Origin: Candidatus Eiseniibacteriota bacterium
GTDB lineage: Bacteria > Eisenbacteria > RBG-16-71-46
Direction of reading: 5' to 3'
Length of the DNA stretch: 64,000 nucleotides
Assembly (NCBI GenBank): GCA_963707915.1
Contig: OY970178.1
Span: 3,328,001-3,392,000 of the forward strand
Below are positions 19,522 through 27,878 of the stretch, in pieces; position 1 is the first letter of the stretch, and each line of letters begins with the position of its first letter. A program made the position numbers and the translations under genes. The notes beneath the pieces were generated by a model. The model was not told the origin of the DNA. It saw only the letters and a program-made list of their open reading frames with translations, and did not search any database.

Positions 19522-20154
19522 ATGACTCTCCGACCTCTCACCCCCAAGGAATTCCAAGCTCTCCGGCACATCCGGAACTGCCTGGCACATGGCCAACCCG
19601 CGCCCACCGTTCGCGAGCTAAAGGACCTGCTGGAGTACCGGTCACCACGCTCCGCGGCGGTAATTCTGGAGCGGCTTGCTGCCCATGGGTTCATCCGCCG
19701 CCGTCCGGATGGCCAGCTCCAGCTGCTCCGCGATCTGCCGGAGGGAGCCGCCCATGCGCGTACCGTGCCCGTGCCGCTCGTGGGCGCGATCGCCTGCGGC
19801 GCGCCGCTTCTGGCCGAACAGAACATCGAGGCGATGATTCCGGTCTCGCTCTCTCTCGCCCGTCCGCCGCACAACTACTTCATGCTTCGCGCGAAAGGCA
19901 ACTCTATGAACCGCGCGGGCATCCAGGATGGTGATCTCGTGCTCGTCCGACAGCAGCCAACTGCCCAGGACGGCGACCGGGTGGTCGCCCTGATCGATGA
20001 CGAGGCTACGGTCAAGGTGCTGCGACGAGCGGGCGATGCGATTGCTCTCGAACCGCGTTCAACGAACAAGCGGCACGAGCCCATCCTCGTGACTACGGAT
20101 TTTCAGGTCCAGGGCGTTGTCGTCGGAACTATTCGTGCCCCGCGTATGAGGTAA
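19522..20154 (+). CDS. lexA: LexA-family repressor (wHTH + S24 peptidase)
   Basis: PTVRELKDLL, IACGAP cleavage-site region, GNSM (catalytic Ser) and ATVK (catalytic Lys). The start could be 19507. Confidence 0.9.
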   Translation: MTLRPLTPKEFQALRHIRNCLAHGQPAPTVRELKDLLEYRSPRSAAVILERLAAHGFIRRRPDGQLQLLRDLPEGAAHARTVPVPLVGAIACGAPLLAEQNIEAMIPVSLSLARPPHNYFMLRAKGNSMNRAGIQDGDLVLVRQQPTAQDGDRVVALIDDEATVKVLRRAGDAIALEPRSTNKRHEPILVTTDFQVQGVVVGTIRAPRMR

Positions 20155-20163
20155 TCTTGCACC

Positions 20164-21036
20164 ATGGCCATTTCCGAACAACAACTCGCGAGCTGGGCCA
20201 AGGGGCCGGGTGCCACCGAGCAGGAGCGTTGCGACACGACTGTGCGCCGCATCACTGAGGCCCTGCGTCCGTTCTACGGTAGCCGAGTGACCATCTTCCC
20301 GCAGGGCTCGTATCGGAACCGGACGAACGTGCGGCAGGACAGTGATGTAGACGTGGCGGTGGTCGAGAGCTCCGCCTACATTGGCGATACGTCGCGGATG
20401 GGACCTGAGGCTTTGGCGCGGTGGAACGCGATGTCTCCAGCCAGCTACACATTCGCGCAGTTGAAGGCGGACGTGCACCAACAACTCACCGCCGCCTTCG
20501 GGCCACGTGTTGAACGCCGTAATAAGTGCATCTTCGTACCTGAGACCGCCAGCGGCGTTGACGGTGACGTTGTCCCCGCCTTCGAGTACCGGCTGTTCGA
20601 CTACAACGGCTACAAGACGGCCAGCGGCATCGCTTTCTACGCTGACCGGGGCGGATTGTTCACCAGCTTTCCGCAGCAGCACTACGATAACGGGGTGGCG
20701 AAGAACGACCGGACGCAGCGGATGTACAAGCGAGCGGTGCGCATCCTCAAGAATGCTCGGAACACCCTCGTAGAGAACGGGCAGCTGGGGGACACGTTCG
20801 CGCCGTCATTCTTCCTTGAATGCCTTACGTACAACGCGGCCGACCGAGTGTTCTTGGCAAGCACCTATACCCAAAGCATCAAGCAGGTGATCGAGGACCT
20901 TTGGGAAGCAACCAAGCCCAGTCGCAGCGGGAGCCTCGTGGAAGTTAGCGAAGTGAAGCCGCTCTTCACGGCCGAGCACACCGCGGACGAGGCACGCACG
21001 TTCCTGCGAACCGCCTACACGTTCATCGGGTTCTGA
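20164..21036 (+). CDS. cdnE: Second CD-NTase, CdnE-like
   Basis: ISEQQLASWAK, QGSYRNRTNVRQDSDVD, SFPQQHYDNGVAKN and PSFFLECLTYN motifs. Confidence 0.9.
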   Translation: MAISEQQLASWAKGPGATEQERCDTTVRRITEALRPFYGSRVTIFPQGSYRNRTNVRQDSDVDVAVVESSAYIGDTSRMGPEALARWNAMSPASYTFAQLKADVHQQLTAAFGPRVERRNKCIFVPETASGVDGDVVPAFEYRLFDYNGYKTASGIAFYADRGGLFTSFPQQHYDNGVAKNDRTQRMYKRAVRILKNARNTLVENGQLGDTFAPSFFLECLTYNAADRVFLASTYTQSIKQVIEDLWEATKPSRSGSLVEVSEVKPLFTAEHTADEARTFLRTAYTFIGF

Positions 21037-21038
21037 GC

Positions 21039-21668
21039 ATGGGCATTCAACTCCATCGCGCAAGCCATTTCGTCCTCTTCATCTTAGTGCTGCCGCTCCT
21101 CAGCTTGGCGTTGGCTTGGGAATGCAGCCGAGTCGTGGCGATGGTGGTTCCCCCTGGCTGGGCATTTGCCGTCGATTCGGTCGGCACGATCGGCGCCTAC
21201 GGTCTTCTGTTCAAGGCCTTTGACCTCTGGCTTTGGCGGTGGCCGGCCTTTCGCTCCCTGGGCATCGTTCAGCCCCCTCTCATGGCAGGCCGGTGGGTCG
21301 GTTCATTGCGTTCCTCCCATGACAATCATGAGACCCGCCACGAGGCCGTGGTGGAAGTACGCCAGAGCTTCACTTCTGTGCGCGTGGCCATGTACTTCGC
21401 GGGCTCGCGATCGGCCAGCCTGATCGCGGGGTTTGCGCAGGAGGCGGATGGTGGCGTGGCGCTCCACTACGAGTACCAGAACGTGCCGTCCGTTGATGCT
21501 TCGCGGACCATGCACATTCACTACGGCACGGCCACGCTCCAGTGCGTCCCGGGACGGCCGCGGATGGAGGGGCACTACTACAACTGGGGACGTGACGAGA
21601 GAGGGCACTACGGAGTGATGGAGTTCTCCTTCGAGAGCGCTAAACTACTGGGCCGGTTCTCCCAGTGA
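21039..21668 (+). CDS. cap15: CBASS Cap15-like effector (2TM + SMODS-associated beta-barrel)
   Basis: Two N-terminal TM helices, then FDLWLWRW, GRWVGSLRSS, YEYQNVP, HYGTA and GHYYN motifs. Starts 2 bp after the CD-NTase. Confidence 0.82.
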   Translation: MGIQLHRASHFVLFILVLPLLSLALAWECSRVVAMVVPPGWAFAVDSVGTIGAYGLLFKAFDLWLWRWPAFRSLGIVQPPLMAGRWVGSLRSSHDNHETRHEAVVEVRQSFTSVRVAMYFAGSRSASLIAGFAQEADGGVALHYEYQNVPSVDASRTMHIHYGTATLQCVPGRPRMEGHYYNWGRDERGHYGVMEFSFESAKLLGRFSQ

Positions 21669-21722
21669 CGCTCACGAACTGAGTCCACAACGCATTAACT
21701 AACTAAGAGAAGGAGATAACGT

Positions 21723-21980
21723 ATGGACACGCAGGACAAAGTAAAGACCGTCACGATCATCGTGGAAGGCACTCCGCACGAGTGGCCCAAGGGTGAGATC
21801 ACCTACGCGGAGGTCGTCACTCTTGAAGTGCCGGACTACGCGCAGCACCCGGAGATCACGTACTCGGTGACCTACAAGCGCGGGCACGGCGAGAAGCCCG
21901 AAGGGATTCTCGTGAAAGGCGGCTCGGTCAAGGTAAAGGACGGGATGATCTTCCGTGTTTCAGAAACTGGTCAGTCATAA
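21723..21980 (+). CDS. Multiubiquitin-domain ubiquitin-like protein
   Basis: Beta-grasp pattern VTIIVEG...ITYAEVV...YSVTY...VKVKDGMIFRV, ending TGQS. Strong AAGGAG RBS. Confidence 0.85.
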   Translation: MDTQDKVKTVTIIVEGTPHEWPKGEITYAEVVTLEVPDYAQHPEITYSVTYKRGHGEKPEGILVKGGSVKVKDGMIFRVSETGQS

Positions 21981-23142
21981 CGACGACTTGGGTCGTTTGG
22001 TCGACAAGGGTTATGCCGTCGGCTTCGACCCGGGGCTTCTGATTGTTCGTGATATCCCGTACCTGGATGACCAGAAACGACTGCAGATTGGTGCGATTGT
22101 CGCGAAGCTGGTTCTCATCGACGACGACCGAGTCAGCCAGGACGATCACCAGATCTACTTCGCTGGCTCTGCCCCTTGCGACGTCAACGGCTCGGCGATC
22201 CCCAATCTCGCTGGCGGCTCCGCCAGCATCCCGATGAGCGACGCAAACAAGGACGTGGTCGTTCAGCGGTCGTTCTCTAACAAGCCTCGTGCCACGGGGA
22301 AGTTCGACAACTTCTTCGACAAGATCGAGAGCTACGTAGCGATCATTTCGGGTCCAGCCATGGAGCTGTACCCCGATGCGACTCCCTTTACGTTCCACGT
22401 CGTGACGACCTATCCCGGGTCGGTATTCAAGTTCCACGACACCCTTACAAGCAGAGCTGAAATCGGAGATCTGTCCGGGAGGTTCAAGGACGACATCATC
22501 GCGGTCATTGGACTTGGTGGCACCGGCGCGTACCTGCTGGATCTTCTGACGAAGACGCAGGTGCGCGAGATCCGCGCGTTCGACCACGACCACTTCTACG
22601 TGCATAACGCCTTCCGGTCTCCAGGGCGACTTCAATCAGGAGAACTCGGAAGGCTGAAAGCGGACGTGTACCGGGACCGCTACGACTCGTTTCGAACCGG
22701 GCTCTCGATCGAGAGGAGACTGATTGACGCCTCCTCGGTGGACGCGTTGGACGGCGTGACCTTCGCGTTCGTGTGCGTCGACAAGGGCTCGTCGCGGGCG
22801 GGCGTATTCGATGCCCTTCTTTCCAAGCGCATCCCGTTCATTGACGTCGGGATGGGCCTGAAACGCAGAGACGGCAGCCTGAACGGAATGCTGCGCGTCA
22901 CCTACTTCTCGTCGGAGGATGGTGGGCAGGTGCGCGCGAAGGGACTCGCTGAACTGGCCGACACGCCGGACGACCTCTATCGAACCAACATCCAGACCAG
23001 CGAGTTGAACGCGCTGAACGCTGCCTTGGCCGTCGTGAAGTTCAAGAAGCTCCGAGGCTTCTACTTCGAGGAAACGCCCTACTACCATCTTCTCCACGAC
23101 GTTGGAGACTCCACGATGGTCGGGGAATCGGAGCTGACATGA
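21955..23142 (+). CDS. E2-like (DUF6791-type) + ThiF/E1 fusion protein
   Basis: N-terminal DIPY...DHQIYFAG...SFSNKP. C-terminal GLGGTG, DHDHFYVHNAFR, FVCVD and NIQTSELNALNA. Confidence 0.85.
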   Translation: MFQKLVSHNDDLGRLVDKGYAVGFDPGLLIVRDIPYLDDQKRLQIGAIVAKLVLIDDDRVSQDDHQIYFAGSAPCDVNGSAIPNLAGGSASIPMSDANKDVVVQRSFSNKPRATGKFDNFFDKIESYVAIISGPAMELYPDATPFTFHVVTTYPGSVFKFHDTLTSRAEIGDLSGRFKDDIIAVIGLGGTGAYLLDLLTKTQVREIRAFDHDHFYVHNAFRSPGRLQSGELGRLKADVYRDRYDSFRTGLSIERRLIDASSVDALDGVTFAFVCVDKGSSRAGVFDALLSKRIPFIDVGMGLKRRDGSLNGMLRVTYFSSEDGGQVRAKGLAELADTPDDLYRTNIQTSELNALNAALAVVKFKKLRGFYFEETPYYHLLHDVGDSTMVGESELT

Positions 23143-23540
23143 GGTTCAGGCTCCAGCGAGTTGAGTACATGCCCAAGACCCTGGAGCCGGGGGTCCTGTA
23201 CGTCTCAGAAGCTTTCGGCACAGCAGCGCACCTCTGCGCCTGCGGTTGCGGCTCCAAGATCAGGACACCACTCGGCCCCACTGAGTGGCACGTCGAGGTT
23301 ACGAAGCGGGGACCAAGCCTGTATCCCTCCGTCGGGAACTGGCAGAAGCCCTGTCAGTCGCACTACTGGATTCGCGAGGGCAACGTGCGGTGGGCAGCGA
23401 AATGGACATCGGAGGAGATTGCCACGGGTCGCAGGCACGAGGAGGAACGCCGACACGCGTACTACGACTCCGGTCGTCCAGCGCCCGGGAATATCCTGGC
23501 GAGATTCTGGTGCTGGCTGAAGCGTCTGCTTGCTCGCTGA
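23139..23540 (+). CDS. DUF6527 family protein (putative Ubl-processing peptidase)
   Basis: HLCACGCG and SLYPSVGNWQKPCQSHYWI motifs. ATGA overlap with the ThiF gene. Confidence 0.82.
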   Translation: MRFRLQRVEYMPKTLEPGVLYVSEAFGTAAHLCACGCGSKIRTPLGPTEWHVEVTKRGPSLYPSVGNWQKPCQSHYWIREGNVRWAAKWTSEEIATGRRHEEERRHAYYDSGRPAPGNILARFWCWLKRLLAR

Positions 23541-23579
23541 CCCAGCTTGTCCACAGAAGGTGCCACTCTAGTGTCGTAC

Positions 23580-23704
23580 CCCCTCTAGGCAGCTTCGCTG
23601 CTTCGTGGCACACTGACTTCACCCTTGAGCCGGTCGAGCTTCGGCAGCGGAATCCACGCGTGTTTCTTGAGCCAAGTTCGAACGTCGTCCCTCATGGCGC
23701 ACCA
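23580..23704 (-). repeat. Copy A of the serine recombinase C-terminal tail / att-like site
   Basis: Minus strand WCAMRDDVRTWLKKHAWIPLPKLDRLKGEVSVPRSSEAA* (23585-23704), homologous to 24582-24701 and 25628-25717. Confidence 0.9.
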
Positions 23705-24007
23705 GCGTCGTTTTGGTGCATCCACCCCCACGAAAAGTGGATAACGAGCAGACCGACCGCCAATCAAGGCGGTTTTGTTGTTTGCGGTAGGGGGGTGGAC
23801 GTGACAACAGAGACGCGAAACGGTGAGTTATACCCAGAAGCGAGGACGTTCGAACTCGCGGCAAGAGTTCGAAGCGACTACTTGACCAGCCCCTGAGGAC
23901 ATGGTTGGGTGACTAAGTGGATTGTTCGTTTCGCACAACATTCAATTCGTTCCTCCCTTGCCTGATGCTCGCACGCATGGTGTGCGCAGCAGTCCAGGGG
24001 AGGAACG

Positions 24008-24274
24008 ATGCGCAGGTTGCGGTTGCTTCCGATAACGTTCGGGCCGTCCTATGAGGTCGCACCGACCCCCGGCACGAAAGCTGCTGCCACCTGTACGGTC
24101 GTCGTCGCGGCGGTCGTGCTGGTAGCGGTTGCAGTTGCCGTGGTGAGATGGCCGTGGGTCGCCATGCTCGCAGGTGCCGTGGCCGCATTCACCTGGGGAC
24201 GGAAACACTACGGTGGTGACGCAATCATCGTGGGTATCGTGCTCCTTGTCGCGGGGTTGTCTCTGCTGAGGTAG
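24008..24274 (+). CDS. Small multi-TM membrane protein, hypothetical
   Basis: GGAGG RBS and 2-3 hydrophobic segments. Confidence 0.6.
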   Translation: MRRLRLLPITFGPSYEVAPTPGTKAAATCTVVVAAVVLVAVAVAVVRWPWVAMLAGAVAAFTWGRKHYGGDAIIVGIVLLVAGLSLLR

Positions 24275-24366
24275 GTGCAATCGCACCTTCCAGAGTTATC
24301 GCTCGCGGGTCGATCTCTTCGGAGTTCGACCCGCTTCTTCTTGTCTCATCAACTCAGATGACGGCC

Positions 24367-24585
24367 ATGGAACATGACCAACGTTTTGCTCTGGGGCTGA
24401 CCCAGGCTGAGGTGGATCGACTGCGCGACATTATCCATCGGACTCGTGGCGTCACGTTATCGGAGCAAGAAGCGTGGGTGTGTGCAATCCGGCTTCTCAG
24501 TCTCGGACTGACGACTCTGAAAGCGACCGCGCCGAAGGAAGACATCCACAAGGATGAGACATGCGTGGTGCGTCCGCCCCTCTAG
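24367..24585 (+). CDS. Small protein, paralog of the 27226-27432 recombinase-associated protein
   Basis: QRFALGLTQAEVDRLRDIIHRTRGVTLSEQEAW aligns with QRFALGLTEAEVDRLRDILRRTRGLELTREEAW. Confidence 0.75.
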   Translation: MEHDQRFALGLTQAEVDRLRDIIHRTRGVTLSEQEAWVCAIRLLSLGLTTLKATAPKEDIHKDETCVVRPPL

Positions 24586-24701
24586 GCAGCAACGCCTTTT
24601 CGTGGCAAACTATCTTCGCTCTTCAAACGATCAAGCTTGGGCAGCGGAAACCATGGAGTTTTCTTGAGCCAGGTTCGAACGTCCTCCACGATGGAGCACC
24701 A
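24577..24701 (-). repeat. Copy B of the serine recombinase C-terminal tail / att-like site
   Basis: Minus strand WCSIVEDVRTWLKKTPWFPLPKLDRLKSEDSLPRKGVAA* (24582-24701). Same 120-nt length as copy A and a shared CCCCTCTAGGCAGC end. Confidence 0.9.
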
Positions 24702-24767
24702 AGAACGAATCTTCGAACAAAAACACAAATCCAGCTTGATTCCATTAATCAGAGCTGAGTTCGAACT

Positions 24768-25631
24768 ATGAGACACAAGTTTCCAGACAACTTTGTAACT
24801 ATTGGCCATTTTGGCTTAGAGCAGCATTACTCAAAACATGCTCCACACGACATTCTTACAAAGTTACGCCATACATTAGGTTCCCTGATTGGATCTGAAG
24901 GAGACGTGGTGTATGTTTTTATCCTCATAAGAAAGCTTCTAGAGTTAGATAAACATAAACGAGTCTTTCCGACGTTGTCGCTGATATGTGATTGGATAGC
25001 ACATGTGCGGCTCGATAGAAATAGCACTGGTTACAAAATCATCGAGAATATAGATCGGGAACTCTATTTCAAATACGCCGTGCTTGATAAACGACCGTAT
25101 GATCGGAATAGGACAAAAGCACAGGAGCGGCATATAGAACGTCAACTTGCGGGCTTATGGACATTGCGTGGCGAGTTGAGATTCTTCTTACGCCATTATC
25201 ATCTCCCGATTACGATTGTAAATAAAACCCCATCATGGAACCGATTACGTCGTTTTCTGTTTAATGCTCTCGCGAATAGTCCCCTCACAGTTCAAACAGC
25301 TGACGATCTATTAGTAATAAAAAGCATCTCATTCACTTCTGTTTGGCACGAAGCTCAACCCCAATCATCCAGGGCAAGAAATCTATTTAACGATCCGCCA
25401 TACCCCAGATGTAGAATTCTAGTTAAGGATGGGATAATGCTGCCAGGAACTGAGCATATGAATCCAGAAGATGAGCAGATTATAGAGGTCTCATTAAAGA
25501 CTGTAGACATTCGCGACTTTATTTCCGAGGAGGAGTTTGTTAAACTTCAAAAGACGATGAAGGATCTTCCAGAACATTTCTTCAAAGACGATCCCAAAAC
25601 TACCGGAACCACCCGAACCAAATCATCTTAG
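24768..25631 (+). CDS. AT-rich hypothetical cargo protein
   Basis: 287-aa ORF, visibly the most AT-rich stretch in the window. Contains VYVFILIRKLLE...LICDWIAH. Its stop overlaps the recombinase stop. Confidence 0.7.
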   Translation: MRHKFPDNFVTIGHFGLEQHYSKHAPHDILTKLRHTLGSLIGSEGDVVYVFILIRKLLELDKHKRVFPTLSLICDWIAHVRLDRNSTGYKIIENIDRELYFKYAVLDKRPYDRNRTKAQERHIERQLAGLWTLRGELRFFLRHYHLPITIVNKTPSWNRLRRFLFNALANSPLTVQTADDLLVIKSISFTSVWHEAQPQSSRARNLFNDPPYPRCRILVKDGIMLPGTEHMNPEDEQIIEVSLKTVDIRDFISEEEFVKLQKTMKDLPEHFFKDDPKTTGTTRTKSS

Positions 25632-27187
25632 CTTTCAACGAGACGATCCAACCGAGGTAGTGGCAACCACTTATCTTTCTTTAACCAAGTTCGAACGTCG
25701 TCCCTTAAGGCGCACCAATTGCTAATGAGCCCTTGTCCTTCGATGAAGGAGAAGGGTTCGTTGGCTTTGTAGAGCGGTTCCTTGCCTTCGACCGCGAAGT
25801 TCGAAGCGACGGCCTGGACAATTTCCCGTCGTTGAACTCCGACCCCGCGCTCGAAGGCCGCCGCGCAGCGGTTCGTGAACTGGAAGAGCTCGGTCGCGCG
25901 CTGGAGGTACTCCTCCGGCTCGGTCGGCGGAACCTCGAGCTGCAGCTTGAGCTTTGCCTGTCGCTCCAAGATCTCAAGCCTTCGCTTCTCGAAGAGGTCC
26001 TCGTCTACCTGCCCGCGCAGCCGAAGCGTGAGCAGCGTTTCGCCCTCACGCAGGGACGCGCCGAGGGCCTCCTGGAGCGAGCGGTGTGAGGCTGTGTCGG
26101 TCACGGTCTCCGCCTCCAAAGTGTGCTTCAGGTTCTCCGTCACCCATCCGACCACTTCCTCCGGCACGGCCACGGCATGCAGGGTCTTCTGGATCGCCGT
26201 CTCGAAGTCCGGCTCCGGAATGCAGGTCGCATGCGGACAGGGCGTGCTTCTCCCAAGGCCATGACAGCGGTAGTACACGTAGGTTCGACCTGACTGCTTG
26301 CGGTGCTGCTCGCCGGTCAGAAGTCCGCCACACTTGCAACGCAGTAGCCCGCCGTAGGGGAACTCGTGACGCGCCGGGCGGGCGCGCCCTGGCCGACCAA
26401 GGATACCGGCCGCACGCTCGAACTCCGCCGGGGTGACCATCGGCTCATGGCCGCCGCGGTAGCTCTCACCGCTGCGCAGCTGGATGAGCCCCATGTAGTA
26501 GGGATTCTGGAACATCCGGTAGAGCATCGTGATGCACATCGGCCGGCCGCCCAGTCGCGCCGTCTTGCGCGTGCGGAAGCCCCACTCCTCGGTTGCCAGC
26601 TTGAGGATCTGCTTGGGGCGGAGGCTATCGGTGAGCACGAGGTCCCACATCTTGCGCACGAGCGTGAACCGCTCGGGGTCTTTCACGACGGTCTTGGTCG
26701 CATGGTCCTCGATGTACCCCAGGGGCGGGCGGAAGTTCGGCCAGCCGCGCTGGAACCGCGCACGGTTGCCGCGCCGCACGTTTTGCCGCAGATCGTCGAT
26801 GAACTTGGTGGCGATGCCGAGCTCGAAGTTGCCCATGAAGCGGTCATTGCCGTCAGCGGTGTACGTCCGATCCGAGGTGATGACGGTGAGCTTGTGGTCG
26901 GCCAGCGCTTGCAGGACCCGGCCGGTGTCGGCGTGGTTGCGCGCCAGCCGGTCGAGCTTCCAGCACAGCACGGTCGCGATCTCGCCCTGGGACACGCGGC
27001 GCATCAGTTGATCGAAGACCACGCGGCCCGGAGCTTTAGCCGAGCGCGACTCGGAGAGGATCTCCGCGACCTGGTGCCCATGGCGCAGCGCCAGGAGTTT
27101 GAGCTCTTGGACTTGGGAGTCGATGGAGAGGACCTGCCGATCCTCGGATTCGCTGGATTTCCTAGCGTAGATGACACATTGCGGCAT
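25628..27187 (-). CDS. Large serine recombinase (resolvase + recombinase + Zn-ribbon/coiled coil)
   Basis: YARKS (catalytic Ser), ESRSAK, KLDRLARN, PLGY, NPYYMG, GLLRCKCG and YYRC motifs. Confidence 0.95.
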   Translation of the reverse strand: MPQCVIYARKSSESEDRQVLSIDSQVQELKLLALRHGHQVAEILSESRSAKAPGRVVFDQLMRRVSQGEIATVLCWKLDRLARNHADTGRVLQALADHKLTVITSDRTYTADGNDRFMGNFELGIATKFIDDLRQNVRRGNRARFQRGWPNFRPPLGYIEDHATKTVVKDPERFTLVRKMWDLVLTDSLRPKQILKLATEEWGFRTRKTARLGGRPMCITMLYRMFQNPYYMGLIQLRSGESYRGGHEPMVTPAEFERAAGILGRPGRARPARHEFPYGGLLRCKCGGLLTGEQHRKQSGRTYVYYRCHGLGRSTPCPHATCIPEPDFETAIQKTLHAVAVPEEVVGWVTENLKHTLEAETVTDTASHRSLQEALGASLREGETLLTLRLRGQVDEDLFEKRRLEILERQAKLKLQLEVPPTEPEEYLQRATELFQFTNRCAAAFERGVGVQRREIVQAVASNFAVEGKEPLYKANEPFSFIEGQGLISNWCALRDDVRTWLKKDKWLPLPRLDRLVES

Positions 27188-27225
27188 AGAGGTCTAGGTA
27201 GTGATGCCTCAAGTTCGAAACGCAG

Positions 27226-27432
27226 TCAAGAGGGAGGACCTTCGAACTCGCGGGGTTTCCTTGAAGAGGTGGCCTGGAGGATGGTCCAGCCGAGGGAGAG
27301 AAGTTGAATCGCCTTGGCCCACGCCTCCTCGCGCGTGAGCTCCAGCCCGCGCGTGCGCCGCAAGATGTCGCGGAGGCGGTCCACCTCCGCTTCGGTCAGG
27401 CCAAGCGCGAAGCGTTGCGTTCGAGCATCCAT
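27226..27432 (-). CDS. Small protein directly upstream of the recombinase (candidate directionality factor or regulator)
   Basis: 68-aa ORF co-oriented with the recombinase, with a paralog at 24367-24585. Confidence 0.7.
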   Translation of the reverse strand: MDARTQRFALGLTEAEVDRLRDILRRTRGLELTREEAWAKAIQLLSLGWTILQATSSRKPREFEGPPS

Positions 27433-27596
27433 GCAACCATGATCGCGCAGGAGTAGCGACCGGCGTAGGGGGGAGGACGTCCACAGGGCGAGCTTCGCTG
27501 TGCATAGCGACAATCGAATCCCTCTTCCACAGACATGCACAGTTTGCGCACCTCCACCCCCCTACAACGATTCCCTGGCAGGACTATCGTGGAAGC

Positions 27597-27878
27597 ATGT
27601 TGGTGCAATACACCAAGCGAACGTGGCGAAACCGGCCGCGCTTCCCCAACAAGATCCGCGAGTACCGCCTCAAGGCCGGCATCTCGCAGAGCAAGCTCGC
27701 CGCCCTGCTCGGCCGCGGCCGCAACGCGGTCTCGTCCTGGGAGCGTGGACTGTCGCTGCCAAACGTGCCGCGTCTCCTACGCATGGCGAAGATCCTCGGC
27801 ACACTCTCCGAGGCGCTCTACTTCCAGTTCTACTCCACCCAGGGAGCAGATGGTGAGCTCAGCGGCACTGCGGCATGA
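27597..27878 (+). CDS. Cro/CI-type HTH transcriptional regulator
   Basis: IREYRLKAGISQSKLAALLG...VSSWERG..LP. Confidence 0.88.
   Translation: MLVQYTKRTWRNRPRFPNKIREYRLKAGISQSKLAALLGRGRNAVSSWERGLSLPNVPRLLRMAKILGTLSEALYFQFYSTQGADGELSGTAA

Noticed and set aside
23580..25717. Recombinase-tail repeats read as a CRISPR array or as tRNA genes
   Set aside because: Spacing is ~1 kb with genes in between, the repeats are diverged and protein-coding, and there are no cas genes. The T-loop-to-CCA distance is 5 nt too long and there is no cloverleaf.
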